The translations under genes and the position numbers were made by a program. Of a stretch of 51,056 bases of DNA, positions 36,237 through 48,330 are shown piece by piece. Each line of letters starts with the position of its first letter. The stretch's first letter is position 1. Where the stretch lies: contig JAZDEX010000046.1 of assembly GCA_043808405.1 (NCBI GenBank), positions 1 through 51,056 of the forward strand, in the 5' to 3' direction. The notes under the pieces are model-generated. The model searched no databases. It saw nothing but the letters and a program-made list of their open reading frames with translations, and had not been told where the DNA came from. The DNA is from Candidatus Omnitrophota bacterium. Lineage in GTDB: Bacteria > Omnitrophota > Gorgyraeia > Gygaellales > Profunditerraquicolaceae.

Positions 36237-36707
36237 CTACCACCTAAAATGCGCGTAAGCTTTATTGGATTCCGCCATCTTGTGAGTGTCGTCTCTTTTC
36301 TTGATTGCTGAACCTTCGCCTTTATAAGCCGCAATAATTTCTTCGGCTAATCTATCTTTCATAGATTTACCTTTTTTACCTTGCGCGAAATCTCTAATCC
36401 AGCGTAAAGCAATTGAAGTCCCGCGCTCCTGCCTTACTTCAATAGGCACCTGATACGTTGCGCCACCTACGCGCCGGGGCTTAACCTCAAGGCGCGGCCG
36501 GGCATTATCAATTGCTTTATAAAAAACTTTTAGAATATCTTGTTCGTTAGTTTTTTCTTTGACGATATCAAAGGCGCCGTAAACAATTCGTTCGGCAATC
36601 GATTTTTTCCCCATTAAGGTGACCATATTAATAAATTTAGCGACGATTTTACTATTAAATATGGGATCTGCTAAAATTTCTTTTTCCTGAGCTTTTCTTC
36701 TTCTCAT
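36237..36707 (-). CDS. rpsG: 30S ribosomal protein S7
   Basis: Ends ...KMAESNKAYAHFRW. Confidence 0.95.
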   Translation of the reverse strand: MRRRKAQEKEILADPIFNSKIVAKFINMVTLMGKKSIAERIVYGAFDIVKEKTNEQDILKVFYKAIDNARPRLEVKPRRVGGATYQVPIEVRQERGTSIALRWIRDFAQGKKGKSMKDRLAEEIIAAYKGEGSAIKKRDDTHKMAESNKAYAHFRW

Positions 36708-36713
36708 GTTATT

Positions 36714-37097
36714 TTATTTCGCTCCCTCTTTAGGCCTCTTAGCGCCGTATTTAGAACGTGATTTTTTACGCGCGTTAACACCTGATGCGTCAAGCGTTCC
36801 TCGGACAATATGATATCTAACTCCCGGGAGATCTTTAACGCGGCCGCCCCTGACTAGGACAATAGAATGTTCTTGTAAATTATGGCCTTCTCCGGGAATA
36901 TAAGCAGTAACTTCTATGCCAGTAGTTAATCGGACCCTGGCGATTTTACGTAATGCGGAGTTAGGTTTTTTCGGAGTCATAGTGCGTACTTGAAGGCATA
37001 CGCCTCGCCTCTGCGGGCATCCCTTTAAAGCCGGTGATTTAGATTTCTTTTTCTTTGCGGTCCTACCAAATCTGATTAACTGGGTAATAGTTGGCAT
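36714..37097 (-). CDS. rpsL: 30S ribosomal protein S12
   Basis: MPTITQLIR; [10 protein letters not shown]. Confidence 0.97.
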   Translation of the reverse strand: MPTITQLIRFGRTAKKKKSKSPALKGCPQRRGVCLQVRTMTPKKPNSALRKIARVRLTTGIEVTAYIPGEGHNLQEHSIVLVRGGRVKDLPGVRYHIVRGTLDASGVNARKKSRSKYGAKRPKEGAK

Positions 37098-37107
37098 GTT
37101 TTAAAAG

Positions 37108-40100
37108 TTACTCCTTTTTCTCTTTAGCTTCATTTTCTTTGATTTCTTTTTCTTTTGCATCTGCCATTTTCACGATATCTATTTCGCCATGCACGCTAAA
37201 ACCCGTCCCTGCGGGGATAAGGTGCCCGACAATAACATTTTCTTTTAAACCAAATAATTCATCATGCTTGCCTGAGGTTGCCGCTTCGGTTAGGACACGG
37301 GTAGTTTCCTGAAAGCTGGCCGCGGAAATAAAACTTTCCGTAGTTAAAGAAGCTTTGGTGATGCCTAATAATAAAGGTGTGGCTAATGCCGGCTTTCCGC
37401 CTTTTTTAATTACCCGGGCATTCTCTTTCTGAAATACCCATTTATCAACTTGCTGAGTAGCTAAAAATTCAGTATCTCCTGGATCTTCCACTCTAACCTT
37501 CTTTAGCATTTGGCGGATAATAACTTCGATATGTTTATCATTAATACGCACGCCTTGCAAACGATAAACTTCTTGAACTTCATTTACCAGGTATTCCTGT
37601 AATACTTTATCTCCGGAAACCCTTAAAATATCCTGTAAAACTACAGGCCCGTCAGTTAATTGCTGGCCAGCCGAAACCCGATCACCCTTATAAATATACG
37701 GATGCTTTCCGTGAGGAATGGTATATTCCCTAGCCATTCCGGTAGGCGACTTAACAATAATCACGCGTTGGCCTTTTTTAGTTTCGCCAAATTCAATATA
37801 TCCGTCGATTTCGCTGATAACTGCCGGCTCTTTAGGGCGCCTGGCTTCAAAAAGTTCAGCTACGCGTGGAAGGCCGCCGGTAATATCCCTGGTCTTGCCG
37901 ATTAAACGCGGGATCTTAGCTAACATATCGCCGGCGCCCACAGACTGTCCATCTTTAACGAGAATGTGAGAACCGATCGGGATGGGATAAATACCCATAA
38001 TCTCCTTGCTCTCGTTCATAATAATTACCTGCGGATGAAATTCGGTTTTATGTTCAACAACTACGCGCTCGGTAAGTTTGGTAACTAAATTTAATTCTTC
38101 TTTTACCGTTACGCCTTCTTTTAAATCTTCGTATTTAACTAAACCCGCGACTTCAGTTAAAATCGGAAGGGTATACGGATCCCAACGGATGAAAATTATG
38201 CCCTTATTAACTTCTTCTCCGTTGGCAATACTGATATAGGCGCCCTGAACAACTGAATAACGTTCAAGTTCACGGCCCATCTTATCATTAATACTGATCG
38301 CGCCGTTTCTGTTTAGGACAATAAATTCCTTATTTTTAGGCGCCACGCGGAAATTATGATATTTGACAAAACCTTTATTTTTAGATTTAAAGAATGACTG
38401 CTCTACGATTCTAGATGCCGTACCGCCAATGTGAAAGGTTCTCATGGTTAGCTGCGTGCCGGGTTCGCCGATACTCTGGGCGGCAATTACGCCGACTGCT
38501 TCACCGACTTCAACTAATCTTCCGCTGGCTAAATTCCTGCCATAACATCTGCGGCAAACTCCCCGGCCAGCCTCGCAAGTTAAAGCTGAACGGATACGAA
38601 TTTTCTCAATACCTAATCTTTCAATCATGTCCGCTGTTTCTTCGGTAATTTCGGCGCCTTGAGCAACAATAACTTCATCGCTGATGATGTCAACAATATT
38701 ATCTAAGGCTACGCGGCCAATAATGCGGTCTTTAAGGCTAACTACAACTTCATCGCCTTCAATAATCGCGGCAACCGTAATGCCATTTAAAGTTTTACAG
38801 TCATCATCCGTAACAATAACTTCTTGAGCAACATCAACTAAACGGCGAGTTAAATAACCCGCGTCGGCAGTCTTAAGCGCGGTATCAGCCAAACCTTTAC
38901 GCGCGCCGTGAGTAGAAATAAAATATTCGAGAACAGTTAAACCTTCCCGGAAATTCGCGGTAATCGGGCTTTCAATAATTTCACCTGATGGCTTAGCCAT
39001 AAGCCCGCGCATACCGGCTAACTGCCTAACCTGTAATTTAGAACCACGCGCTCCGGAATCCGCCATCATGAAAATAGGATTAAAGCGGTCCATTTCCTTA
39101 AACAATAAATCCGAAACTCTCTCCGTGGCATGAGTCCAAATATCGATAACTTTATTGTAACGCTCTTTATTGGTAATAATACCTTTATGGTATTGATCTT
39201 CAATTTTGGCTACTTCTTCCTTAGATTCTTTTAAAACTTCTTCCTTGGCTTTTGGAATAGTCATATCATCTATACCGATAGAAATACCGCCCAAAGTTGC
39301 CGCAATAAAGCCCAATCTTTTAACATCATCTAAAAGTTGGACTGAGCGGGCATGGCCAAAGCGCTTATAACATTCACTGACAATTTCGCCTACTTTGCTT
39401 TTATTTAATTCATAATTTACATATCCGAAATCCGCAGGCAATGTTTGGTTAAACATAACCCGGCCTGCGGTAGTAGAAACAATTTGCCTTCCCAAAATAA
39501 CTTTTTTCTCGGCTAAATCAAAAATGCTATCAACCCTTACTTTAATCAGGGCATGCAAATCTATTTGCTTATCATCATAGGCAATCAAAGCTTCATCGGG
39601 ATTAGAAAATACTTTATTTTCACCCAATGCGCCTGATTTTTCCTTAGTTAAATAATTAGCGCCTAAAATAATATCCTGGGTCGGGGTAACTATCGGGCGG
39701 CCGTCTGCCGGAGAAAAAACATTATTCGCGGCAAGCATTAATATTTTTGCTTCCAGCTGTGATTCTAAAGACAACGGCACATGCACCGCCATCTGGTCAC
39801 CGTCAAAGTCAGCGTTAAACGCGGTACACACCAGTGGATGGACTTTTATTGATTTGCCTTCAACTAATCTCGGCTGGAATGCCTGAATGCCTAATCTATG
39901 CAGCGTAGGGGCGCGGTTTAATAAAACCGGATGGTCTTTGATGACTTCATCTAGAATATCCCAAACTTCGATTTTGCCGCGCTCAACCATTCTGCGCGCG
40001 CCTTTAATCGTATGCACAAAACCTTTATCTCTTAATTTTTTAATAATAAACGGCTCAAATAATTCCAAAGCCATCTGCTTAGGGAGCCCGCATTCATGAA

Positions 40101-41235
40101 GTTTTAAATCCGGCCCGACCACGATAACTGAACGCCCGGAATAATCCACGCGCTTACCTAGTAAGTTCTGGCGAAAACGGCCTTGCTTTCCCTTTAACAT
40201 GTCGGAAAGCGATTTTAAAGGGCGGTTACTGGCGCCCATTACCGCGCGGCCATGCCTGCCATTATCTAAAAGCGCGTCAACCGATTCCTGAAGCATGCGC
40301 TTCTCATTACGGATGATGATCTCAGGGGCATTCAACTCAATTAGTTTTCTTAAGCGGTTGTTACGATTGATGACCCTGCGGTATAAATCATTTAAATCCG
40401 AAGTGGCGAATCTTCCACCGTCTAAAGGGACTAACGGCCTTAAATCCGGAGGAATAACCGGTAGGATTTCTAAAATCATCCATTCCGGGCGATTACCAGA
40501 CTTATTAAAATCTTCAACAATTTTTAATATTTTTAAATTCTTTTGATTGCCAATAGCTTCTTTGTTTTTTTCAGATTCACGGCGGACTTTTTTGCAATAA
40601 GCATCAAGGTATAAATCTTTAAGTAAATCACGGATTGCCTCAGCGCCAATCTTAGCTTTAAAATTCTGGCCATATTTTATTACAGCCTCTTGATACTTCT
40701 CTTCGCTCAATAATTCATTTTTGACTAAAGGGGTGGTTCCCGGATCTATAACAACATACTCTTCATAGTAAATTACTTTCTCCAGGCTTCTTAAGCCAAT
40801 ATTCAAAAGCGCGGCCATACGGCTGGGCACGGCTTTAAAAAACCAAATATGAGTAACCGGCGCGGCAAGTTCAATATGCCCCATGCGTTCGCGCCTGACT
40901 GATGAACGGTCTATAGTAACCCCGCAGCGGTCACAAGTAATACCTTTAAACTTTATGCCTTTATATTTTCCGCAATTACATTCCCAATCACGCACTGGGC
41001 CAAATATTTTCTCACAAAACAGGCCATCTTTTTCCGGTTTTAATGTGCGGTAATTAATGGTTTCGGCTTTTCTTACTTCGCCTTTTGACCAAGAGTGGAT
41101 TATCGCCGGAGAAGCTATTTTTATAGAAATGCTATCAAAAGAAGCAATTTCTTCAGCTTTTTGTTCTTGACGGCGTAATTCTTTTGCTTCTTTTTTTGAA
41201 TCTAATTTCTTCTCTGCAAATAGGGTATCCGCCAT
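37108..41235 (-). CDS. rpoC: RNA polymerase beta-prime subunit
   Basis: [12 protein letters not shown] catalytic motif; zinc finger CNCGKY...CDRCG. Confidence 0.97.
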   Translation of the reverse strand: MADTLFAEKKLDSKKEAKELRRQEQKAEEIASFDSISIKIASPAIIHSWSKGEVRKAETINYRTLKPEKDGLFCEKIFGPVRDWECNCGKYKGIKFKGITCDRCGVTIDRSSVRRERMGHIELAAPVTHIWFFKAVPSRMAALLNIGLRSLEKVIYYEEYVVIDPGTTPLVKNELLSEEKYQEAVIKYGQNFKAKIGAEAIRDLLKDLYLDAYCKKVRRESEKNKEAIGNQKNLKILKIVEDFNKSGNRPEWMILEILPVIPPDLRPLVPLDGGRFATSDLNDLYRRVINRNNRLRKLIELNAPEIIIRNEKRMLQESVDALLDNGRHGRAVMGASNRPLKSLSDMLKGKQGRFRQNLLGKRVDYSGRSVIVVGPDLKLHECGLPKQMALELFEPFIIKKLRDKGFVHTIKGARRMVERGKIEVWDILDEVIKDHPVLLNRAPTLHRLGIQAFQPRLVEGKSIKVHPLVCTAFNADFDGDQMAVHVPLSLESQLEAKILMLAANNVFSPADGRPIVTPTQDIILGANYLTKEKSGALGENKVFSNPDEALIAYDDKQIDLHALIKVRVDSIFDLAEKKVILGRQIVSTTAGRVMFNQTLPADFGYVNYELNKSKVGEIVSECYKRFGHARSVQLLDDVKRLGFIAATLGGISIGIDDMTIPKAKEEVLKESKEEVAKIEDQYHKGIITNKERYNKVIDIWTHATERVSDLLFKEMDRFNPIFMMADSGARGSKLQVRQLAGMRGLMAKPSGEIIESPITANFREGLTVLEYFISTHGARKGLADTALKTADAGYLTRRLVDVAQEVIVTDDDCKTLNGITVAAIIEGDEVVVSLKDRIIGRVALDNIVDIISDEVIVAQGAEITEETADMIERLGIEKIRIRSALTCEAGRGVCRRCYGRNLASGRLVEVGEAVGVIAAQSIGEPGTQLTMRTFHIGGTASRIVEQSFFKSKNKGFVKYHNFRVAPKNKEFIVLNRNGAISINDKMGRELERYSVVQGAYISIANGEEVNKGIIFIRWDPYTLPILTEVAGLVKYEDLKEGVTVKEELNLVTKLTERVVVEHKTEFHPQVIIMNESKEIMGIYPIPIGSHILVKDGQSVGAGDMLAKIPRLIGKTRDITGGLPRVAELFEARRPKEPAVISEIDGYIEFGETKKGQRVIIVKSPTGMAREYTIPHGKHPYIYKGDRVSAGQQLTDGPVVLQDILRVSGDKVLQEYLVNEVQEVYRLQGVRINDKHIEVIIRQMLKKVRVEDPGDTEFLATQQVDKWVFQKENARVIKKGGKPALATPLLLGITKASLTTESFISAASFQETTRVLTEAATSGKHDELFGLKENVIVGHLIPAGTGFSVHGEIDIVKMADAKEKEIKENEAKEKKE

Positions 41236-41236
41236 A

Positions 41237-44200
41237 TTATTTAGCCTTTTCTGTACGAATATCTAATCCTAATCCCTGCAACTCCTTAATCAAAACGTTA
41301 AATGACTCAGGAGTTCCATGAGTTAAGCGTTGTTCACCTTTTACGATTGCCTCATACATTCTAGTCCTGCCGGAAACATCGTCGCTTTTTACGGTTAACA
41401 TTTCTTGTAAGGTAAATGCCGCGCCGTAAGCTTCTAAGGCCCAGACTTCCATTTCGCCTAATCTCTGGCCGCCGAATTGCGCCTTGCCGCCTAATGGCTG
41501 CTGGGTAACTAGCGAATATGGGCCGATTGAACGCGCGTGAATTTTTTCGTCAACCAAATGGATTAGCTTCATTACATACATAAATCCTACGGTAACCCGC
41601 TGATCAAAACGCTCGCCGGTGTAACCGTCATAAAGTATCGTCTTGCCGTCTGAAGCAATACCAGCTTTACTAAATAAATCTTTTATCTCGCCTTCAGTCG
41701 CGCCGTCAAAAACCGGGCAGCTTACCTGTATCCCTAAAGCTTTTGCCGCCCAACCTAAATGCGCTTCTAAAATCTGGCCAACGTTCATACGCGAAGGAAC
41801 ACCCAGCGGATTTAAGACTACATCTACAGGGGTGCCATCCGGTAAATAAGGCAAGTCTTCTTCAGGCATAATTCTTGACACCACACCTTTATTTCCGTGA
41901 CGGCCGGCAAGTTTATCGCCTTCAGACAATTTTCTTTTAGTAGCAATATAAACGACTACTCTTTTTAATACGCCGGTTGGTAATTCATCGCCGCGGCGGA
42001 CTTTTTCAATTTCTTGCGTCTCCTCAGAGATTAATTCTTGTATTTGTTCATCAAATGAAGCGCCTAAAATTTTAGCCTCTTCGTTTTCATTTAAATCCAT
42101 CTTTTCAACTTTTTTCTTATCCACGCCTAAAATCTGCGCAAGCCTGACATTTTTCTCAGTTTGCATAAATTCTATTTCTTGCTTATAATACGCTTTTAGT
42201 TCACGGATTTTTTCGATTTCTTTAGACTGATTATCTTTAGATTTACGGCCGCGTTCTTTGCGCGCAAACACGTGCACGTCTACAACCACGCCTTCAACTC
42301 CCGGCGGGACATTTAAAGATGTATCCCGCACATCAGAGGCCTTCTCGCCGAATATCGCGCGCAGGAGCCTTTCCTCAGGGGATAATTCCGATTCGGTTTT
42401 TGGAGTAACTTTACCGACTAGAACATCGCCTGAACCCACTTCAGCTCCGATACGCACCACGCCTTCAGCATCCAAATTTCTTAGGGCTTCCTCGCTGACA
42501 TTGGGAATATCGCGGGTAATTTCTTCATTACCTAAGCGGGTCTCAGTAGCTTCAATGTCAAATTCTTCGACATGTATAGAAGTAAAAAGATCTTCCTTAA
42601 CTATTCTTTCATTTATTAAAATAGCGTCTTCAAAATTATAGCCTCTCCAGGGCAAAAACGCGCAAACCAAATTTCTTCCCATGGCCAGTTCACCTTGTTG
42701 AGTCGCCATGCCATCGGCAATTGACTGGCCTTTTTCAACCCGTTCTCCAAGCTTCACAATCGGCCGTTGATTCAAACAAGTATCAGCATTGGTGCGCTGA
42801 AATTTTTTCAGATGATAAATATTCTTACCTATACTAATCATGGACGCGTCAACGCTGGTAACTTTACCGGATTCTTTGGCTACAACTACGGTCCCGGAGT
42901 CAACAGCAACTTTGGCTTCCATACCTGTGCCGACAATCGGCGCCTCGGTAATCATAAGCGGAACTGCTTGGCGCTGCATATTTGAACCCATTAACGCGCG
43001 GTTGGCATCATCGTGCTCTAAAAACGGAATTAAAGAAGCGGCCACGGAAACTAGCTGCTTCGGAGAAACATCCATATATTCAACTTGTTTAGGAGGAACT
43101 TTGGGAAAATCACCTTTGTGGCGGCAGGAAACATGATGATCTACAAAATTACCTTGTTCATCTAAAGGAGCATTTGCCTGAGCAATAATTCTATCTTCTT
43201 CTAAATCCGCGGTTAAATAATCAATTTTTTTAGTAACGCGGCCATCTTCAACCTTGCGATACGGAGTTTCTAAGAGCCCTAGATAATTAACCCGGGCAAA
43301 AGTACTTAGGGAAGCAATTAAACCAATGTTCGGGCCTTCCGGAGTTTCAATAGGGCAAATTCTGCCGTAATGTGACTGATGAATATCCCTGACTTCAAAA
43401 CCCGCGCGTTCGCGCGACAAACCGCCCGGGCCTAAGGCACTTAATCTTCGATTATGAGTTAACTCCGCCAAAGGATTAATCTGGTCCATAAACTGGGACA
43501 ATTGGCTGCGGCTAAAGAAATCGCGGATCTGGTTAGATAGTAATTTTGAATTTATTAAATAGTGGACGTTTAGAATATCAATATCGCCGAGAATACTTAA
43601 TCTTTCGCGAATTGACCGCTCAACCCTGACCAAGCCGATTCTAATCTGATTTTGAACTAACTCGCCAACAGTTTTCACGCGGCGATTGCCTAAATGGTCG
43701 ATATCGTCAATTTTACCGGTGCCGTCTTTCAATTTAATTAAATATTCGATTACCTTAATAACAGTAGCTGAATCCAATATCCTCTTATCCAAAGAAACAT
43801 CCATGCCCAATTTTCTATTTAAAACAAACCTTCCTGTTCTTTCTAAATCATACCTGGCAGGATCAAAGAAAAGCTTATAAAATAGCTCTTCAGAAGATTC
43901 TTTAGTAATAGGTTCATTGGGGCGTATTTTACGGTAGAAATCAAGATACGCCTCTTCTTTGTTTTTAGTGTAATCTTTTTTGAGCGTATTGCTAATTTCG
44001 GTGTATTCTTTTCCGAACGCGGTAACGATATCTTTATCTTCGGAGAATCCGAGTATCCTTAAAATTTGTGTAGCAGGGAAATTTCTGCGGCGGTCAACAT
44101 AAGCTAAAATCGTATCGGTTAAATCATATTTAAACTCAAGCCATGCCCCGCGATACGGGATGATGCGGCCGTAAAAAACTTTTTTACCGCTGGGATGCAG

Positions 44201-44641
44201 CTCTTCTTCAAAGGAAACGCCTGGAGAGCGCTGCAACTGGTTTACCACCACGCGCTCGTCGCCATTTATAACAAAAGTTCCTCTTTCGGTCATTAAAGGA
44301 ATCTCTCCGAAATAAGCATCCTGCTCTTTAGTTTCTTTAGCAGTAGTTAATCTAAATTTAACTTTTAATGGCGCGGCAAAGGTCAAGGATCTTCTTTTTG
44401 CTTCATGAAGATTGTATTTAGGTTTACCTAAAGAATAGCTAATAAACTCTAGCTTTGTTGAGCGAGTAGCGTTTTCAATGGGGAATACTTCTTCAAAAAC
44501 TTCCTGCAAGCCTTCGCGCTTTCTCTCGCGCACAGGTGTATCCAGCTGTAAAAAACTTGCATAAGACGCTAGCTGCACTTCCAAAAGATGCGGAAGATCG
44601 TATACTTCTTTTAACTTTGCGAAACTTTTACGCTTTATCAT
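41237..44641 (-). CDS. rpoB: RNA polymerase beta subunit
   Basis: [10 protein letters not shown]; [32 protein letters not shown]. Confidence 0.97.
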   Translation of the reverse strand: MIKRKSFAKLKEVYDLPHLLEVQLASYASFLQLDTPVRERKREGLQEVFEEVFPIENATRSTKLEFISYSLGKPKYNLHEAKRRSLTFAAPLKVKFRLTTAKETKEQDAYFGEIPLMTERGTFVINGDERVVVNQLQRSPGVSFEEELHPSGKKVFYGRIIPYRGAWLEFKYDLTDTILAYVDRRRNFPATQILRILGFSEDKDIVTAFGKEYTEISNTLKKDYTKNKEEAYLDFYRKIRPNEPITKESSEELFYKLFFDPARYDLERTGRFVLNRKLGMDVSLDKRILDSATVIKVIEYLIKLKDGTGKIDDIDHLGNRRVKTVGELVQNQIRIGLVRVERSIRERLSILGDIDILNVHYLINSKLLSNQIRDFFSRSQLSQFMDQINPLAELTHNRRLSALGPGGLSRERAGFEVRDIHQSHYGRICPIETPEGPNIGLIASLSTFARVNYLGLLETPYRKVEDGRVTKKIDYLTADLEEDRIIAQANAPLDEQGNFVDHHVSCRHKGDFPKVPPKQVEYMDVSPKQLVSVAASLIPFLEHDDANRALMGSNMQRQAVPLMITEAPIVGTGMEAKVAVDSGTVVVAKESGKVTSVDASMISIGKNIYHLKKFQRTNADTCLNQRPIVKLGERVEKGQSIADGMATQQGELAMGRNLVCAFLPWRGYNFEDAILINERIVKEDLFTSIHVEEFDIEATETRLGNEEITRDIPNVSEEALRNLDAEGVVRIGAEVGSGDVLVGKVTPKTESELSPEERLLRAIFGEKASDVRDTSLNVPPGVEGVVVDVHVFARKERGRKSKDNQSKEIEKIRELKAYYKQEIEFMQTEKNVRLAQILGVDKKKVEKMDLNENEEAKILGASFDEQIQELISEETQEIEKVRRGDELPTGVLKRVVVYIATKRKLSEGDKLAGRHGNKGVVSRIMPEEDLPYLPDGTPVDVVLNPLGVPSRMNVGQILEAHLGWAAKALGIQVSCPVFDGATEGEIKDLFSKAGIASDGKTILYDGYTGERFDQRVTVGFMYVMKLIHLVDEKIHARSIGPYSLVTQQPLGGKAQFGGQRLGEMEVWALEAYGAAFTLQEMLTVKSDDVSGRTRMYEAIVKGEQRLTHGTPESFNVLIKELQGLGLDIRTEKAK

Positions 44642-44723
44642 ATTGTCCTGTTGTTAAAAAGCTTCTCCTTGTTAAAAAGCAGCTTATTGCCTTTTCTTTA
44701 AAGGAGTTATTTTAAAATATTTA

Positions 44724-45107
44724 TTATTTTAATTCAACAGTTGCGCCAGCTGCTTCGAGTTTTTTCTTCAAATCTTCAGCTTCCTCTTTCGGGGCATGTT
44801 CTTTGATCGCCTTCGGAGCGGCGTCAACTAAATCTTTGGCTTCTTTTAAGCCGAGATTAGTCGCAGAACGAACTTCTTTGATTACGGCAATCTTGTTCGC
44901 GCCTGCGCTGGTCAAGACTACGGTAAAAGAGGTTTTCTCTTCAGCTGCCGGGGCTGCTGCCGCGCCACCTGCTGCGGGCATCGCCATCATCGGCATATTC
45001 GCTGAAACTCCAAACTTTTCTTCTAAGGATTTAACCAGCTCAGAAAGCTCTAAGACTGTCAGGCCTTCTATTGATTTAATCATTACGTCTAATTTTTCAC
45101 TTGCCAT
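44724..45107 (-). CDS. rplL: 50S ribosomal protein L7/L12
   Basis: Ala-rich hinge, then [23 protein letters not shown]. Confidence 0.95.
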   Translation of the reverse strand: MASEKLDVMIKSIEGLTVLELSELVKSLEEKFGVSANMPMMAMPAAGGAAAAPAAEEKTSFTVVLTSAGANKIAVIKEVRSATNLGLKEAKDLVDAAPKAIKEHAPKEEAEDLKKKLEAAGATVELK

Positions 45108-45123
45108 TTTACTTCCTCCTTTT

Positions 45124-45254
45124 TCACTGAGGCACTGAATAACGCCTAAGTATATCGTTTCTGAAACACTGAAATATTGAAAAAAATAATATTTTGAATT
45201 GGCTCAGTGCCTCAGAAAAATTTTATCCTTTTTTTGTATTCAGTGTCTCAGTGC
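45124..45254. repeat. Family C element (CACTGARR, terminal inverted repeats)
   Basis: ctgaggcactga at 45127-45138 pairs perfectly with tcagtgcctcag at 45204-45215. A further copy, tcagtgtctcagtgc, lies inside the rplJ 3-prime end. Confidence 0.85.
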
Positions 45255-45777
45255 TACTTTTTTTATTTTTAACCTGATCTAAACAATAAACAAACTTCTT
45301 CAAGGTCTGATTTAATACCCCAACAAAACCAACAATCGGCGCGTTTAACGCGCAAACTACCTGGGTTAACAAGACTTCTCTTGAAGGAAGCTTAGCTAAT
45401 GTCTCAATATCATTTTTAGTTAAAACTTTACTATCTAAATATCCGCCCTGAAGTTTAAGCTGCTCATGGGTTTTTAAAAAATCACATAAAACTTTAGAAA
45501 CCGCAACTGGTTCTTCCTTGGCAAAGACCAACCCGCATGGCCCCTCAACAGTATTCACAATCGCTTCCAGCCCGGAATCTTTCAATGCTTTGCGGGCAAC
45601 CGTATTTTTTACCACAAAAAGCCTAGCGCTTGAGCTTCTTAAGGATTGGCGCAGCGCGCTCATGTCCGGGCTCGATAGTTTTAAATAATTAATTACAAAT
45701 ACTCCGTCTGCAGTTTTTAGATTATCCTTAATGCGGTTTGAGGACACCTCTTTGAATATGACGCTTATTTTTTTCAT
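45223..45777 (-). CDS. rplJ: 50S ribosomal protein L10
   Basis: Conserved position between rplA and rplL. The C-terminal ...SSTETLNTKKG is encoded by the family C repeat. Confidence 0.9.
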   Translation of the reverse strand: MKKISVIFKEVSSNRIKDNLKTADGVFVINYLKLSSPDMSALRQSLRSSSARLFVVKNTVARKALKDSGLEAIVNTVEGPCGLVFAKEEPVAVSKVLCDFLKTHEQLKLQGGYLDSKVLTKNDIETLAKLPSREVLLTQVVCALNAPIVGFVGVLNQTLKKFVYCLDQVKNKKSSTETLNTKKG

Positions 45778-45779
45778 GA

Positions 45780-46460
45780 TTAACCTTCTAGTTTTAATCC
45801 CGGATTCATAGTTGAAGAAATAAACAGGCTTTTCACAAATTTTCCTTTAACAGATGAGGGTTTTGCTTCATTAAGAGCGCCTATAACCGCAGAGGCATTG
45901 TCACGGATTTTATCCTCATCAAAAGAAATTTTTCCGACAGATAAATGCACACCGCCTTGTTTGTCAACCCGAAATTCTACCTTACCTTTTCTAACATCCT
46001 CTATTGCCTTAGCAATATCATTAGTAACAGTACCGGTTTTGGGGCTTGGCATCAGGCCGCGAGGGCCTAAAACTTTACCCAATTTGCTTAAATCCTTCAT
46101 CATTTCCGGAGTCGCTATCGCGCAATCAAAATCCAATAACCCCGCGGCTACTTTATCAATTAATTCTTGGCCGCCGACCAAATCCGCATGCGCGTCTTTA
46201 GCGATTCTCTCATGCTCACCCTTGCAAAAAACTGCCACCCTTACTTTTTTACCGGTTCCATGAGGCAAAACCACTGTGCCGCGGACCATCTGGTCGGTTT
46301 TTTTAGAATCTATACTAAGGCTAAAATGCAAATCAACGCTGGCGTCGAATTTAGGAGGATTAGTTTTTTTTAAAACAGAAATTGCATCCTTAAGAGCGTA
46401 AACCTTATTCGCATCAACTAATTTTACTGATTCTTTATACCTTTTACTCTGAGTCTTCAT
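45780..46460 (-). CDS. rplA: 50S ribosomal protein L1
   Basis: GTVVLPHGTGK; GPRGLMPSPKTGTV. Confidence 0.95.
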   Translation of the reverse strand: MKTQSKRYKESVKLVDANKVYALKDAISVLKKTNPPKFDASVDLHFSLSIDSKKTDQMVRGTVVLPHGTGKKVRVAVFCKGEHERIAKDAHADLVGGQELIDKVAAGLLDFDCAIATPEMMKDLSKLGKVLGPRGLMPSPKTGTVTNDIAKAIEDVRKGKVEFRVDKQGGVHLSVGKISFDEDKIRDNASAVIGALNEAKPSSVKGKFVKSLFISSTMNPGLKLEG

Positions 46461-46464
46461 TTAT

Positions 46465-46890
46465 TTATCCCTCAACCAGAATACCCATGCTTTTGGCAGT
46501 GCCGATTACTGACTTCATGGCAGGCTCCATATCAGAAGTATTCAAATCATTGATTTTAAGTTTAGCGATTTCTTCAACCTGCTTTTTAGTAATTTTACCG
46601 ATCACTTCTTTTCCGGCAATTCCGGAAGCCTTGGCTAAATTCGCGGCGCGTTTAATTAAAATCGAAGTCGGCGGGCTCTTAATAATAAACGAAAATGTCC
46701 TGTCCTCGTATACGCTGATGACTACCGGCAGAATCAAACCTTCGCGGCCTTTAGTTTGGTCGTTAAATTGTTTACAAAACTGCATAATATTCACTCCATG
46801 CTGGCCTAAAGCTGGCCCAACGGGAGGCGCAGGATTAGCCGCTCCTGCGGAAACGTGTAATTTTATTTGCGCTTTAATTTTTTTAGCCAT
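46465..46890 (-). CDS. rplK: 50S ribosomal protein L11
   Basis: [21 protein letters not shown]. Confidence 0.95.
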   Translation of the reverse strand: MAKKIKAQIKLHVSAGAANPAPPVGPALGQHGVNIMQFCKQFNDQTKGREGLILPVVISVYEDRTFSFIIKSPPTSILIKRAANLAKASGIAGKEVIGKITKKQVEEIAKLKINDLNTSDMEPAMKSVIGTAKSMGILVEG

Positions 46891-46894
46891 AAGC

Positions 46895-47422
46895 TTAAAC
46901 CTTTTCCACTTGCCAGTATTCTAACTCTACCGGGGTTGCTCTGCCGAAAATAGAAACACTAACCTTAAGTTTCCCTTTTTCCGGATGAATCTCATCTATT
47001 GTCCCATTAAAATTAACAAACGGGCCATCTTTAATCCTAACCTGTTCGCCTTTTTCAAATATAGTCTTGGGGCTGGGTTTAACTTGCGTATCTTCTGTTC
47101 TTTTTAAAATATTATCGACCTCGGCTTGCGGCAAAGGCATCGGTTTTCGGCCTAATCCGATAAAACCGGTCACTCCCGGGGTTTTTTTAATAAATAAATA
47201 AGTTGATTCCGTGAAATCCATTTCCACCAGTAGATATCCGGGGAAAAACTTTCTTTGGGAAATTTTCTTTTTTCCAGAGCGAATCTCGGAAACCTGCTCG
47301 GTAGGAATAATTATCTTAGAAATTGCATCCTGCAATCCGGCAGTAACAACTTTACCTTCTAAAGATGTTTTAACCTTATCCTCTAAACCTGTTTGTGTAT
47401 GAACGACGTACCAGTTTTTCAT
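46895..47422 (-). CDS. nusG: Transcription termination/antitermination factor NusG
   Basis: [14 protein letters not shown]; KOW region [11 protein letters not shown]. Confidence 0.95.
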   Translation of the reverse strand: MKNWYVVHTQTGLEDKVKTSLEGKVVTAGLQDAISKIIIPTEQVSEIRSGKKKISQRKFFPGYLLVEMDFTESTYLFIKKTPGVTGFIGLGRKPMPLPQAEVDNILKRTEDTQVKPSPKTIFEKGEQVRIKDGPFVNFNGTIDEIHPEKGKLKVSVSIFGRATPVELEYWQVEKV

Positions 47423-47610
47423 TTAAACATTACACTCAAAAATTTTGAAAGCGCCATATCGAGCACGCCGATATAAACCGCTAAAATTGACGTTACAACT
47501 ATTACGACGGCAGTTGCCCCGATTAATTCTTGGCGCGTTGACCAGGCAACCTTGCTTAACTCTTGTTTTGCTTCTCGAATAAAATTTATTATTTTTTTAA
47601 AAACATTCAT
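47419..47610 (-). CDS. secE: Preprotein translocase SecE
   Basis: 63 aa single-TM protein; ELSKVAWSTRQEL; precedes nusG. Confidence 0.9.
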   Translation of the reverse strand: MNVFKKIINFIREAKQELSKVAWSTRQELIGATAVVIVVTSILAVYIGVLDMALSKFLSVMFK

Positions 47611-47649
47611 TTTTTATTTTTGCTTCCTTTATTCGTCCCGTAAATTTAT

Positions 47650-47722
47650 CAGGGGCGGAGGGATTTGAACCCCCAGGACGGGATTTGGAGTCTCGCCGTT
47701 TAGCCAGTTAACGGACGCCCCT
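47650..47722 (-). tRNA. tRNA-Trp (anticodon CCA)
   Basis: Hand-folded 73-nt cloverleaf: acceptor AGGGGCG/CGCCCCU, anticodon loop CUCCAAA, T-loop UUCAAAU. No encoded CCA end. Confidence 0.9.
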
Positions 47723-47795
47723 ATTTGCCCCGCATTCTGCGGGATAAATTCAGCCTTATAACTTATGCCGGCTATCGCCTCCATAAGTTATGGCT

Positions 47796-47945
47796 TCATT
47801 TAATTTCCTTGTGCGGGGAATGCTTGCGACAAAATCTACAATATTTTTTCAGTTCCAACCTGTCCTGATGCGTCTTTTTATTCTTAGTGGTTGTGTAATT
47901 TCTATTCTTACAAACCGTACACTCTAATGTAATTATTTCTCTCAT
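47796..47945 (-). CDS. rpmG: 50S ribosomal protein L33
   Basis: [24 protein letters not shown]...CRFCRKH. The track's extra 12 N-terminal codons are family C repeat sequence. Confidence 0.9.
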   Translation of the reverse strand: MREIITLECTVCKNRNYTTTKNKKTHQDRLELKKYCRFCRKHSPHKEIK

Positions 47946-47954
47946 GATTTTTAT

Positions 47955-48082
47955 CACTGAAGCACTGAAATAGTGCCTCAAAATTGTGTTTGCTGAAGCA
48001 CTGAGAAAATTCCGTTATATTACTCGCTGAGGCACTCAGTTTTTCAAGTTCAGTGTTTCAGCCGTTTTCAGTGTTTCAGTGA
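47955..48082. repeat. Family C element (CACTGARR, terminal inverted repeats)
   Basis: cactgaagcactgaaa at 47955-47970 pairs with tttcagtgtttcagtg at 48066-48081 (1 mismatch). Internal copies: gctgaagcactgag, ctgaggcactcag, tcagtgtttcag. Confidence 0.85.
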
Positions 48083-48088
48083 TTATTA

Positions 48089-48161
<73 letters not shown>

Positions 48162-48285
48162 GAGCTCTCTAGCTGGTTTAAATAATATAATATATATAAA
48201 AATAACAAAATCCACCCATAAAGAATTTTAGCAATTCTTATGTTAAGCGCCTAAAGTTTATTTAGGGGATACCTAGAAATGTTTA

Positions 48286-48314
48286 AGTATAATGAATGGA
48301 AATGGTTTTGTCAA
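48286..48314 (-). promoter_or_regulatory. Near-consensus sigma70 promoter upstream of tRNA-Thr
   Basis: Minus strand TTGACA (48309-48314), a 17-nt spacer, then TATACT (48286-48291). Just downstream of the rsmA stop. Confidence 0.6.
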
Positions 48315-48330
48315 GTATTTTTTTATTATT

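Noticed and set aside
44642-44723. Direct repeat gttaaaaagc x2 in the rplL-rpoB spacer as an attenuator
   Set aside because: I found no convincing stem-loop or U-tract, and AT-rich direct repeats of this size are expected by chance.
755-46924. All other plus-strand ORFs in the track (60-190 aa), lying opposite conserved minus-strand genes
   Set aside because: Each lies fully antisense to a well-supported gene such as tuf, rpoB, rpoC or the ribosomal proteins. They have low-complexity Ser/Leu/Ile-rich translations typical of shadow ORFs in AT-rich DNA.
47728-47793. Two hairpins between rpmG and tRNA-Trp (ccccgcattctgcggg; ataacttatg...cataagttat) as intrinsic terminators
   Set aside because: Neither is followed by a U-tract on the transcribed strand. 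They are more likely processing or stability elements, and the evidence is too weak to call.
47946-47981. 12-codon N-terminal extension of L33 ([12 protein letters not shown])
   Set aside because: It is encoded entirely by family C repeat sequence. L33 homology begins at the internal MREIITLEC.
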